Of a stretch of 64,000 nucleotides of DNA, positions 20,197 to 30,522 are shown piece after piece. The DNA is from a virus. The notes beneath the pieces are model-generated. The model saw nothing but the letters and a program-made list of their open reading frames with translations, made no database searches and was not told the DNA's origin. The DNA is taken from positions 11,195-75,194 of the IMG/VR virus record IMGVR_UViG_3300034121_001409; one strand, written 5' to 3'. The position numbers and the translations under genes were made by a program. Positions within the stretch are counted from its first letter, which is position 1, and each line of letters starts with the position of its first letter.

Positions 20197-20946
20197 TTAA
20201 TTGAATAATTTAGGCTGAAATAAACCAAGTCCTAATTTTTGTGAGTTTGACATAAAAGAACCAAAATTAACCTTGCTGCTTGGTGAGCTGCTACTAAAAA
20301 GACTTTTGCTTCCCTGAAGGGCATTATTTAAACCACTACCTCCACCTCCGGTTGCTGCCGGAGCTGCTGCTTCTCCTCCCTTCCCAAACATACCACTACC
20401 CATCATAGATGCACCCATGCTTCCCATAGTATTTAATCCGGTATTAATATTCTGCTCTCCTGCTGCAATCTTTGACATCGCAGATTTTCTGTCTTCTTGG
20501 TAAGGTATATTTTGATTGTAATCAAATTCCTTATCTGTATAATCAGCCATCGTATTTAATGCATTTAACCTCTGTGCCTCTGAAGCTAATCTTTGTTGTG
20601 CAGCCTGAATGCCGATTCCTGCCATTGCATTATTCTCGTTAATCTGAGCTTTGTAAATATCATTACTGCTTCCAAAATCTTTAGCTGCATTTAATGCAGA
20701 AGCTGTTGATTGACCAACAGACTCCTCCATCTGTCTCTGCCCTGCTAATTCAGGGTTAGCAGCACGTAAAGCTGTCATTCTGTTTAATTGGTCAATCTCT
20801 TCAGGTCTTTGATAATTAGGGCGTACAAGACCTTTCATCTCCTTACGACCTTCCTTAGCCTGTTTAGCTCCTTTAACCATTTGGGCAATAGAACTTGCTA
20901 ATCCCATTGCCGCACCTATTCCTCCTGATATTGGGTCTGCTCCCAT
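20197..20946 (-). CDS. Putative DNA ejection (pilot/cargo) protein
   Basis: G/A/M-rich N-terminus (MGADPISGGIGAAMGLASSIA) followed by coiled coil, typical of podoviral ejection proteins. Confidence 0.6.
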   Translation of the reverse strand: MGADPISGGIGAAMGLASSIAQMVKGAKQAKEGRKEMKGLVRPNYQRPEEIDQLNRMTALRAANPELAGQRQMEESVGQSTASALNAAKDFGSSNDIYKAQINENNAMAGIGIQAAQQRLASEAQRLNALNTMADYTDKEFDYNQNIPYQEDRKSAMSKIAAGEQNINTGLNTMGSMGASMMGSGMFGKGGEAAAPAATGGGGSGLNNALQGSKSLFSSSSPSSKVNFGSFMSNSQKLGLGLFQPKLFN

Positions 20947-20952
20947 GATAAT

Positions 20953-23900
20953 TTATTTAGTTGTTTGAGAATCGGTTAATTCAACGTTTATTGAATACAA
21001 TATTACTTCTTTTTGTTCAAAATTCCTAAGCCTTATTAACATTGTATTTCCTTTAAGGATTTCACCTCTCAGTAAGGCTGTAGTTTCTCTTTGCTGAACG
21101 TCTGCAATATCACTAAAGTTCCGGTCATTCATATTACGCAGAAAGTCTGCTCTCCAATCCCCTTCTTCCTGTACAAAATGAGCTGCATTTAATTGGCTGT
21201 ACTGTAATATACTGCCCTCCTGACCGGATACAACAATACCCTTATCAGGTGCAATAAACAGTGCATTACCAATTTCTCTTATATGCATAAAATCTTTCTT
21301 GCTTGTTGGTGAAATATTAACCACTGCATCTATACCACAAGGATTTAATGCGCCATAGAAAGACCCTCTATTTGGATTCTTATCATGCACCCATAAAGCT
21401 CCATCCCTGAACGAAACAAAAGAGCGATGAACAGGAGACATGGTGTCCGGAATGTATGAATAAAAAGTCATCCATCTATTTTTTCTCATCTCACCCCTGA
21501 AGGTGTTATTAAATGATATTGTCTCAGTAAGAGCAGGTATGGTTACTATCATTTCATCATTGGCTCTATCATAAGAAGCTATAACTCTTTTATCGGCAGA
21601 AGAAGCCAATTGTTTTGCTACAGAAGACCAATATGTATTTGCATCGTAATCAGAAATATCAAAAATTCCTGAGTATTGGTATCTCCAATAAACTCCTTTC
21701 GAAACATCCCAAGCATACAGCTCTCCGTTTTCAATAACTACTGATTCCGGATTCTGTGTTCCCCTGTCTTCTTTTATTGGCAATGCAAGATTCGCTATCC
21801 GGCTGCTCTTCATTAATGTGCTTCCGCTTCCATCCACCTCATAAGTCTGTGTTGCATTAATATAAATTGGAACTGTTTTAAATTTACATACTGCTAATAA
21901 AACATTGGCTGTATAACCTAAGAACATTACATACCCAAATGTTTTATCTATCTCTGTTCCGTTTGCATCTTTTACATAATCAGAAGACATAAATCTATTC
22001 AGCTCATTAATATTAGTCTGAGCAATATACCTACCGGAGAATCTTGTTCTGTTGTAAACAGCTTGTTTATAATCTTTATCTTCCACATCAAATCTCCCGA
22101 TAGACTGAACCCTACTGTCTGCATTATTCTCATGCATATACTCAGATTCATAAATACCACTCAATGTCTCTTTGGTATCTATTGGTGGAGGCTCCGGTGG
22201 TGTGCTTTCATCGTACACAACTATTGGCATCTTTCTGTTCACAAAATAACTATCACCAAACTTTAATACACCCTTAGCAGGTTGTGAGTCCGTCTGTGTT
22301 TGACCATTATATCCTGCGCCATGTTTACCATTCACAATTGGATAACACTCTGTAATCTCATAAAAGATATCCTGTGTTGACTCACTCTTCGGATTCCACG
22401 CTTCTATGGTTACGCCCTTCTGTAGTTTAGGCAATGTAGAGTCATTTTTTATGACAAGATATGTGGAGTCAAACAATGTATCAGTTCTGTCATTTTCTAC
22501 ACGAACATCATAATATTTATCAAACCACACTCCTTTTTCATCTTTCATTAACGTTACCCTGTCTTCTTTCTGAAACTCCCATGTTAACACACTTGAGCTG
22601 TTATCTTTTCCGTAATCAACCAAAGATTGAAGTGAAATATAAATCTCTGTTGCATCTCCTCCTTCAAATGAAGTCTCTTGTATTGCAGCACCTCCTGTTC
22701 CGAATGATTTTATATAACGAGCTTCATTAATTATAAACTGCTGATATTTGTTGTATATAGGATTTTTAATTCTTACAATCTGATACATAACCGCCATTGG
22801 TGGTGGTAGGTGATTTATCTCCCAAGAAACAACAGGAAGACCTTTATTCCCATTATCCTCAGTCCAAAATGGGATATAAGTTTTTAACGAATCGGAGGTT
22901 TGCACTTTTGTGCTTTTTGCATAATCCTCATAATATTTTATTCCAAGATGAACATTGTTTCTGTGCTTCCATATAGCTCCCTTTGGAGTATTTATTATTC
23001 CTTCAAAAACCCTATTAATCACAAATGGATTCTCTGCATTGTATTTGCCAACACCTTCTCCGAATTGGTTTATTATATAAACTGTAAGGTTTGAAAAAAA
23101 CTTCGGGCAACAATCATCTTTAGAGATAAGCATCACTATATCACCCCTGTATAGACTTGAATCTATAGTATAAACCATCAATCTAAAAACACCAAACCTA
23201 TCTGTGTATGCAATTCTTCCACACCTACTGCTAACCACACCTATTCCGGTTAGTGGGTCTCCATTTTGGTCAACAATTGTGCCTTGTATAAATGTTCTTC
23301 TAAAATCTGATACAGATGGAGTGCGGTTGTACACTATGAAATCATCTATACTTCCTGATGATAATTCTGCTGTAATTACTGAAGACAATGAGCCTGAATA
23401 TAGCGCACCTAAGTTTCCTTTATAAAAAGCCTCATCAGACCATTTAATTGATTTTCCACCTGTAGTTACTCTGAATTTTGCATCGAGAGCATTAGCTAAA
23501 CCTACATCCCCAATTGAATAGAAATAAAATCCATTATGGTCTGCCTTATTGTTTGGTGAACTAACTAAACTTTTGGCTCCAATAACTCCACTATCATTAA
23601 AATTCCTAACAACTACATCTGCACACTCAATAGATTGACCTGATTTTAAATCTTCAATATCCCCATTGTGTGATGTCACTGCATCTATCACATATAATGC
23701 TGCCCCAAAATCATTTCCAATGGCATTCGTAGTGAAATCCATTATCTCTAAAAAATCAGGAACCTCTATCACACCATTCACTGCTGTTCCGGTATTTATT
23801 TGAACTTCGGTTATATCTTGCTCTGCCATTCTGTTCAAGTAAGAAGACGTTCGTTGCCAAGCTATACCATTATTTATATTGTAGATTGAACCGTACCTGT

Positions 23901-25743
23901 CATCCGGTGCTATCAAATGGCTTCCAACACGAAGCATAAAAGTTTTACCCTTTGGTACATTCTTTATTTCAAATGTACTGTATACTTTTTTATCGTTAGC
24001 TGCATCAAGCCATTGTTGGTGAGAGTCTTTATCGTTTATTTTATAGACATTTGTCTCAGAACCGGCTATTGTATCCATAGCGGCTTGTTGTATAGAAATA
24101 TCATAATATTCTGTACCAGCTAAATAAACAGTAAAACCACCCATCGGGATAACCTGTTTATGTGCCTTACAAGAATCTTTATCATACCTGTTTCCTATAT
24201 CCCTATTGCAAGAGCCAAAATAAAACTCCTCTCCATTGTCAGACCACACAGGCTGATAGTTAAATTTTGTACTATCACCTGAAACTTGGATTCTTTGTTT
24301 ATGAAAATTTCTGATTCTTATCTTTCCTTTGATTGTAACCGTCTCTTTTATGCACTCAACTATAGGTTCATAGCTCACATTAACCTTAGCATCCACACAG
24401 TCGATATTATTATAATTCTCTAAGCAGGTTGCTGTGTAATTCCTGTCATCGACTACGGTTTCACATAATGCTTTTATTGGAACATAATTATGTGGTCTGT
24501 ATGCATCATCGTCATCTATAACAGGATAAGAACCGTCATTTTTAAACACAAATTTCTGAGCAGGAAACGTAAGGTCACAAACCTCTATCTTCTCTATGCT
24601 TTTAAATTTACCTGAATTACCCTCCCTGAACAGTATTTCAACGTATTTGATATCAGACAGGTATTTCTCTGTCTGTAAAATTGAGTCGCTAAAATCTATC
24701 TCTATGGCGTTTGAAGAAAAGATATTCTGACCACATTTTTGTGGTTGTGCCACTACAGCAGAAAACGGACTTGTTGTTGTCTTCTGTGAATCCCAATAAA
24801 TATACCGAACAGAAAATTGAAAATACTTACCCTGTATGTAATTAAACTCAAAATCCGGTGCTGCTTTTAATACTGCATTAGGAGCGTATAAAGGTGGTCT
24901 CTTCTCAAGGTTTATTGCAAATTCATCCCAATTCTTGTGATACCTGTTTGCCGGTAAATTAAAAAATGTTTCACCATTCGTTGCTGTAATTTCTATCCAC
25001 TTATCTCCTTCTTCGTAGAACTCTATTTCTAATTTACAACCACCACAATCATCTGCCTTTAAATAACTCGCCAATACTGCATTGTTATTTATTGCATTTT
25101 CTAATCTGAGATATAAATTTTGTTTATCGTTTATTTTCCTGTCTAAATCAAGCGGCAGCAATGTTTGTGTTGTCACCTGTACTCCATTATTATAAACCTT
25201 AACCGTATAATAAGTTCCTGCTTTATTAAAATCAGCAGAAGAAGCTATGATATTAAACGACACTTTTTTATTAAACAGGTACGCTCTTTTTTTATCAATA
25301 TACCTGAGTGGATTTCCCACTATCGTATCACCACTTTCTTTTCCATCTGTCCACTGAAGTATAACACCGTCAATTAATGACGGATGTGTTATCATCCAAT
25401 CCTTGTTGAATTTAAAATCCCCAACCAATAACTCTACGATATCATTCTGCTCTGAACGATATGTCAATATCCGGTGTTTACCCAAACTGTTCCAAACAAA
25501 AAAATCTACACTCTTATTTACTTTATCTTCGATTCTTCCTATCGTGATATTATCACCCTGTGGAAGCTGATAAGGAACTAAAACATTTCCCATTACATTA
25601 ACAGCACCACCCCAATTCCCATTAGTAGTTCTTGTGTTGCGCATATTCAATGCATACCGGTAATCACCTTCCGGTATATCATTCAAATGGGTATCAAAAT
25701 TGACACCCCCTGAGAAAATTATATTTTGATTTACTCTTGGCAT
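20953..25743 (-). CDS. Tail stabilization / muzzle protein (P22 gp10/crAss muzzle-like) with internal Ig-like insertions
   Basis: N-terminal FSGGVNFD...YRYALNMR, YFQFSVRYIYWD and C-terminal WMTFYSYIPD...FRDGALWVH motifs; synteny. Confidence 0.7.
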   Translation of the reverse strand: MPRVNQNIIFSGGVNFDTHLNDIPEGDYRYALNMRNTRTTNGNWGGAVNVMGNVLVPYQLPQGDNITIGRIEDKVNKSVDFFVWNSLGKHRILTYRSEQNDIVELLVGDFKFNKDWMITHPSLIDGVILQWTDGKESGDTIVGNPLRYIDKKRAYLFNKKVSFNIIASSADFNKAGTYYTVKVYNNGVQVTTQTLLPLDLDRKINDKQNLYLRLENAINNNAVLASYLKADDCGGCKLEIEFYEEGDKWIEITATNGETFFNLPANRYHKNWDEFAINLEKRPPLYAPNAVLKAAPDFEFNYIQGKYFQFSVRYIYWDSQKTTTSPFSAVVAQPQKCGQNIFSSNAIEIDFSDSILQTEKYLSDIKYVEILFREGNSGKFKSIEKIEVCDLTFPAQKFVFKNDGSYPVIDDDDAYRPHNYVPIKALCETVVDDRNYTATCLENYNNIDCVDAKVNVSYEPIVECIKETVTIKGKIRIRNFHKQRIQVSGDSTKFNYQPVWSDNGEEFYFGSCNRDIGNRYDKDSCKAHKQVIPMGGFTVYLAGTEYYDISIQQAAMDTIAGSETNVYKINDKDSHQQWLDAANDKKVYSTFEIKNVPKGKTFMLRVGSHLIAPDDRYGSIYNINNGIAWQRTSSYLNRMAEQDITEVQINTGTAVNGVIEVPDFLEIMDFTTNAIGNDFGAALYVIDAVTSHNGDIEDLKSGQSIECADVVVRNFNDSGVIGAKSLVSSPNNKADHNGFYFYSIGDVGLANALDAKFRVTTGGKSIKWSDEAFYKGNLGALYSGSLSSVITAELSSGSIDDFIVYNRTPSVSDFRRTFIQGTIVDQNGDPLTGIGVVSSRCGRIAYTDRFGVFRLMVYTIDSSLYRGDIVMLISKDDCCPKFFSNLTVYIINQFGEGVGKYNAENPFVINRVFEGIINTPKGAIWKHRNNVHLGIKYYEDYAKSTKVQTSDSLKTYIPFWTEDNGNKGLPVVSWEINHLPPPMAVMYQIVRIKNPIYNKYQQFIINEARYIKSFGTGGAAIQETSFEGGDATEIYISLQSLVDYGKDNSSSVLTWEFQKEDRVTLMKDEKGVWFDKYYDVRVENDRTDTLFDSTYLVIKNDSTLPKLQKGVTIEAWNPKSESTQDIFYEITECYPIVNGKHGAGYNGQTQTDSQPAKGVLKFGDSYFVNRKMPIVVYDESTPPEPPPIDTKETLSGIYESEYMHENNADSRVQSIGRFDVEDKDYKQAVYNRTRFSGRYIAQTNINELNRFMSSDYVKDANGTEIDKTFGYVMFLGYTANVLLAVCKFKTVPIYINATQTYEVDGSGSTLMKSSRIANLALPIKEDRGTQNPESVVIENGELYAWDVSKGVYWRYQYSGIFDISDYDANTYWSSVAKQLASSADKRVIASYDRANDEMIVTIPALTETISFNNTFRGEMRKNRWMTFYSYIPDTMSPVHRSFVSFRDGALWVHDKNPNRGSFYGALNPCGIDAVVNISPTSKKDFMHIREIGNALFIAPDKGIVVSGQEGSILQYSQLNAAHFVQEEGDWRADFLRNMNDRNFSDIADVQQRETTALLRGEILKGNTMLIRLRNFEQKEVILYSINVELTDSQTTK

Positions 25744-25744
25744 A

Positions 25745-26521
25745 TTACCTCTTAATTCCTAAATGCTTGTATCCTGATATTGCAGCCTCCCATTCTTCCG
25801 GTGTCATTTTATTATACAGCCGGACTAAAGCCTGTTCTTCTGATTCTGATTTCGATGTGTTCCACTGTTTCAATCTTGCATCACCAAACTTTGCCTGTAC
25901 TGCATAATCCAACATCTCCCAGCACTCAAGCGGAACAACGATGCCTCCATTAATTTTCTGCATAGAAGATTTGTATGTCAATACAATCTCGCTATCCGGT
26001 TCAATGTTTGATTTTGGGTCAAACACTATCCTATCTTTATCATACTCAAACTTAAACCATCCTACTCTTGTTTGGTATGGTCTTGATGTGTAATTCGTGT
26101 ACTCTAACGGTTGCTGATTGTTTCCATAATAATTAGGGAAGCTACAGAACGAACAGGAAGAATATCCGGTAGAAGGATTGCCAAAGTCCACAGAATGCTC
26201 TGTAGGTGCTTCAGGAGGGCAAGAACAGGCTGCATCGGCACTTGGTGTACATAATTCATCATTGTAATAAAAAGCCGCTATATGACCATTTATACACACT
26301 CCGACCTTTATTGGTTTCACGCAATCATTCGGAAGCATTGCTGTATAGTTATTAGACACCCTTAAATTTGTAGAACGGTAATAAGGGCTGTCATGGAAAA
26401 TATTAAATCTCTCCAATTTTTTGACAACAACTTTCATCACATCAACATATCTTTTATGTTGGTGGTCACCTATAGATTCACAAAGGTCATTAACGGTTAT
26501 ATCTAAAGCCCTGTATCTCAT
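25745..26521 (-). CDS. Tail ring/adaptor-like structural protein
   Basis: LPNDCV motif; size and position between capsid genes and muzzle. Confidence 0.55.
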   Translation of the reverse strand: MRYRALDITVNDLCESIGDHQHKRYVDVMKVVVKKLERFNIFHDSPYYRSTNLRVSNNYTAMLPNDCVKPIKVGVCINGHIAAFYYNDELCTPSADAACSCPPEAPTEHSVDFGNPSTGYSSCSFCSFPNYYGNNQQPLEYTNYTSRPYQTRVGWFKFEYDKDRIVFDPKSNIEPDSEIVLTYKSSMQKINGGIVVPLECWEMLDYAVQAKFGDARLKQWNTSKSESEEQALVRLYNKMTPEEWEAAISGYKHLGIKR

Positions 26522-27153
26522 TGTTGATTTTTATCTTTACTAAAATCTACTAATTTATCGTCTGTTTTTAAATCCTGCCCTGCAAACCAATTGTATGTAT
26601 TGGCAATAACCTTCTCTTCAAAACCTAAAGGAACCGGAACTTCATCTTCATCACTCAGGTCTGTAAATGATGATATCATCATAACCAAAACAGAAGTTAC
26701 AACAGGAGATAAATTTTTAAAATAAGCCTTGTATCCTTCTATCCAATAAAATGTTGTTCTTCCAATAATATCATCATACCCACGTAATTTCATTCTATTG
26801 TTTGTGTAGTAAAACTCCACATCATCACCCTGCATTGGAAGTATTCCATTAACTCCCATACTCTCTAATAAACTTATAGGCTTAGCCGGAAAATCAATGT
26901 ACTTTAAATTTCTGTTTACATTTCTCTTTACTTCCACATCTTCATACGTTGATATGAATTGGTCAGGAAGTAGTGATGAAATATTCAACATATCTTTTAC
27001 AGAAAGGTTGGTGAAATAATTCTCCCTGATGGTTGTATTAATAGCAGCTGGAAGGTAAGCTCTTATGTCTACCCTTTTGACATCACGCTCCAATCCCAAG
27101 CGACCTGCGAGGATTTTCTGATATACCAATTCTACTATTACACCTACTTTCAT
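26518..27153 (-). CDS. Tail ring/adaptor-like structural protein
   Basis: Synteny; C-terminal PVPLGFE motif. Confidence 0.5.
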   Translation of the reverse strand: MKVGVIVELVYQKILAGRLGLERDVKRVDIRAYLPAAINTTIRENYFTNLSVKDMLNISSLLPDQFISTYEDVEVKRNVNRNLKYIDFPAKPISLLESMGVNGILPMQGDDVEFYYTNNRMKLRGYDDIIGRTTFYWIEGYKAYFKNLSPVVTSVLVMMISSFTDLSDEDEVPVPLGFEEKVIANTYNWFAGQDLKTDDKLVDFSKDKNQQ

Positions 27154-27830
27154 TATTTGCTAATTTGCATTTTTTGCATTGCGAAATTCAACAACTCACT
27201 ATCTCTTATACTCACACCTTTGTGAAATAAAACAAGGTCAATAATATCTGTTGTTTCTTGCTCGTTCCACATTAAATCTACTGAAGATGGGTCATAAACT
27301 TCTACTTGATTATTAAAATCTATAGTTGTTTTATATTCACCGTAAGTCGGGTTAATCAGATATTTAAAAAGAACGCTTCCTGTTAAGGTATTAGGTCTGA
27401 TTCTTATTCTGTCAGACAACTGAGTCCAATATAATAATCCATTCTCTAATGACGGCTTTCTGATAGCAGAAACCATAGTATCCCTCTCCTCATTTGTTTG
27501 CAGTTTATCCATTAATATTTCAGCAGATATAGGTTCCTTGCACTCGGGTGATGATTTGGTGTACTTATACACCATCTCTAATGGATGTCTGTACTTTAAT
27601 GGATACTGAATAAACCCATCAAATATAGGAAGCTCAACCTCTCTGACGAATGGATTTAATGCATCAGAAATCTTTTGAGTCTCCTCAAATTTTTTATACA
27701 GAAATTCCATGAACATATTTTCACTGTCCTTTAAATCTCCGTTAAAATCCTCTGTGGTAGAATATCCGGCTTGATTCTTTCTTGACAGGGTTTTATTAAC
27801 CCTATCGTGTATGTATTTTACTAATACCAT
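27153..27830 (-). CDS. Tail tubular/ring protein
   Basis: KNQAGY..T.DFN N-terminus and YPLKY motif; synteny. Confidence 0.55.
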   Translation of the reverse strand: MVLVKYIHDRVNKTLSRKNQAGYSTTEDFNGDLKDSENMFMEFLYKKFEETQKISDALNPFVREVELPIFDGFIQYPLKYRHPLEMVYKYTKSSPECKEPISAEILMDKLQTNEERDTMVSAIRKPSLENGLLYWTQLSDRIRIRPNTLTGSVLFKYLINPTYGEYKTTIDFNNQVEVYDPSSVDLMWNEQETTDIIDLVLFHKGVSIRDSELLNFAMQKMQISK

Positions 27831-30442
27831 TATATCTCATCAATTGTGAATGTAGTGGCTAATCCTGTTTGTGAACCCGAAGCTGCGTTAATTGGTCTTG
27901 GTATATTACCTGTTATATTTGCAAGGTGTATATTTCCAAGAGCATCTTCAAATGATATCGTAAATGTTATTGTTCTAACCGGTGTCGGGTTTGAATCATC
28001 TAATGCATCTATCATACTACCAGCAACAACACCGCCTAACAACTGATTATAATACAACACTTCCTCAAATCGTGCAGGTGAATAATTCACAAACAACATT
28101 CTGTTAGCAGGTGCTGCATCTTCTACATATATACTAACTGATACAATTCTTGGGTCTACAATATCTGCACCATAAGTCTCAAGATGTAACATCCAAAACA
28201 ACTTAGTTCCGTCTGCTATATCCATAAAATCCCATGTGGTTCCTGCGAAATCTGCATCAAGAACAACCGGAGTACAACAAGCGTCAACTCTGTCTGTTAA
28301 GTTTGAAATCAATGTATTTTGTGTTGTGTTCTGTGACAACAAATAAGCAACATTGTTTGCCAACTCAGTAAGACCTAAAGCATTGAACTCACAAACCTTA
28401 TCTAACAACCACTGTACAACATCAGACTCTACAGGGTCAGGAGGTAAATCATCTGCGGCACAAGAGGTATCAATGCCTCCCATGAATCCTTCATTTGCAT
28501 TTGTATCCAATCTAAGGTTAGTGTCAGGTTCATATACCTCAATAGCACAAGCCTCTCCTGTAGATGTTTCAGAATAAACCCACATTACAACTCTTATTGT
28601 AAACTCTACTCCTGTATACTCATAAGGAATAGTAACAACAGTAGGTGGTGTTGGTGAGTTTTCTCCGGCAACAGGAGACATTGACAGCAAAGTGTTTCCA
28701 TCAGCGTCAAGGATAGATATATAATAAGAAACAGATGTTGGTACATTTGTTCCATAATTGGTTTGATTTGCAAGTGAAATAACCGGATTGTTTTCATCGT
28801 TTATGTAACCTGACATTGTGTACAATGCATTAACAATACCACAAGCCACAGGAGTTATTGGATTTACAATAATAGTTACTGTTGCTGTGGATGTCTGACC
28901 ATAAGCATCTTCTAATGTATACTCTATAATTTCTGTACCATTCCAACCCTCGTTTGGTGTGTAAGTTAAAATACCACCGGCTTCCACATTAGCATTTCCA
29001 TTTGTCGGTGCGCCTGTTATTGTTACAGTTGTAGCCGAAGGCTGTACATCATTTTGGAAAATATCGTAAATTAATTGTGTATCCTGATTTATAGAAGAGT
29101 AATCATTTCTCGCTAATGGTGGAGGTGGTACTTCACAGGCATTGTTTATCAACTCCTGTATAACATCTTTTGCAGTTACTATACCTGAACCAAGACCCAA
29201 GCAACTTAAATCTAAACCTTCGAATGCTTCGTTTAATATTTCGTCTGCATTAGCTGCTAATACATAGGTTGTAATATTAGGGGAAGAAGTTACCGCAGTA
29301 ACTGTAATTGTTCCATCGTTGTTTGCCACCCTAACATCACGAAGCGCATTTAATAAATCTAAGAAATTTTGTGATAAAGATACAGTATATGTTGTATTAT
29401 CTCCATCTACCGCAGGAGTTACAACAATAGGATAAGAACCTGATATTGCTACATTATTTCCGGTAGGTGCTATTGCTTCTATCAACACAGGACTATCTGT
29501 GCTTCCACATCCACAATCACAATCCAACATATCCTTTAGTACGTTATAATGTTTCACAACATTAGTTTTATTGCCACAAGAACGTGCAACTTCCATAGAT
29601 ATATACTCAGTTTGAATAAGCTCTATCCGGTCAAGTAAATCTATATTATTTGACAATCCACCTTGTCTGCTTCCTTGTTTTTTAATTTGGTCGAACTCCT
29701 TTGTAATGCATTTATATAAAGAACATAAATTCACATCACAAGTAGCTTCAGCAGTTGTATATACATACACATATTCAACTATAGTAAAATTCATATCGCC
29801 TTCTATCACCGGATGTTCCACCACAGCAGATAATGTAGCCTCCCAAACTCCTGTCCATAATGCATCAGAGATTATAGCTGAAGATAATACTGTTTTATAA
29901 TTTGATGCTGCGGTTCCATTGCTATATCTTGAACCCAATGGAGGTCTTAATGTTATTTCTCTGTCTAAAACACTTCCACTTGCATATTTTGTTGTATCTT
30001 TTGCTACAGCTAATGCAGAATCACAATTGATTTCTAATTTTAAAGAACCTTCGGTTTTGCAATCACAATTACTATCACAAACTAATACAGAAACTTCTAT
30101 ACTTTCATAAATTATACCTGTGTCATCATTTTTTACATGGTACGATATTTTATATATACCGTTAAGTATTGCTCCCAAGCTATCCAATGGGATATTTAAT
30201 TCATCAAACTCCAATGATGTACTTTGAACAATATCAGGAGTACCAAAATTTCCCTGATGCAAAACAACACCTGTAGGTGATTTCACAATAAAATAACCCG
30301 ACATATCTGCTAATGTATATCCGGTATAATCTACTTCATCTTTTAGTGTAATTGTTCTAAAATTCGTGTTAGGTGTACCATCTACATTTTTGTGTGCAAG
30401 GTCAAAGACACCACTGAATTTTATATTATTATTAGTGAGCAT
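27830..30442 (-). CDS. Virion structural protein with cadherin/Big_9-like Ig domain and Cys-rich segments
   Basis: PLARND...QND...PTNG...LTYTPNEGWNGTE...YTLED...STATVTI at ~28860-29130; DCDCGC motif. Confidence 0.65.
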   Translation of the reverse strand: MLTNNNIKFSGVFDLAHKNVDGTPNTNFRTITLKDEVDYTGYTLADMSGYFIVKSPTGVVLHQGNFGTPDIVQSTSLEFDELNIPLDSLGAILNGIYKISYHVKNDDTGIIYESIEVSVLVCDSNCDCKTEGSLKLEINCDSALAVAKDTTKYASGSVLDREITLRPPLGSRYSNGTAASNYKTVLSSAIISDALWTGVWEATLSAVVEHPVIEGDMNFTIVEYVYVYTTAEATCDVNLCSLYKCITKEFDQIKKQGSRQGGLSNNIDLLDRIELIQTEYISMEVARSCGNKTNVVKHYNVLKDMLDCDCGCGSTDSPVLIEAIAPTGNNVAISGSYPIVVTPAVDGDNTTYTVSLSQNFLDLLNALRDVRVANNDGTITVTAVTSSPNITTYVLAANADEILNEAFEGLDLSCLGLGSGIVTAKDVIQELINNACEVPPPPLARNDYSSINQDTQLIYDIFQNDVQPSATTVTITGAPTNGNANVEAGGILTYTPNEGWNGTEIIEYTLEDAYGQTSTATVTIIVNPITPVACGIVNALYTMSGYINDENNPVISLANQTNYGTNVPTSVSYYISILDADGNTLLSMSPVAGENSPTPPTVVTIPYEYTGVEFTIRVVMWVYSETSTGEACAIEVYEPDTNLRLDTNANEGFMGGIDTSCAADDLPPDPVESDVVQWLLDKVCEFNALGLTELANNVAYLLSQNTTQNTLISNLTDRVDACCTPVVLDADFAGTTWDFMDIADGTKLFWMLHLETYGADIVDPRIVSVSIYVEDAAPANRMLFVNYSPARFEEVLYYNQLLGGVVAGSMIDALDDSNPTPVRTITFTISFEDALGNIHLANITGNIPRPINAASGSQTGLATTFTIDEI

Positions 30443-30458
30443 TTTTTGTAATTTGAAA

Positions 30459-30466
30459 CAAAGTTA
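30459..30466 (-). promoter_or_regulatory. Bacteroidota -7 box (TAACTTTG)
   Basis: Exact TAnnTTTG just downstream of a terminator and upstream of ATG 30442. Confidence 0.65.
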
Positions 30467-30498
30467 AATAAAAAGAGCCTATAATAAAATAGGCTCTT
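30467..30498 (-). terminator. Intrinsic terminator
   Basis: AAGAGCCTAT/ATAGGCTCTT 10-bp stem followed by a U-rich tract on the minus strand. Confidence 0.75.
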
Positions 30499-30522
30499 GC
30501 AATTATACTACTAACTGTTTAT

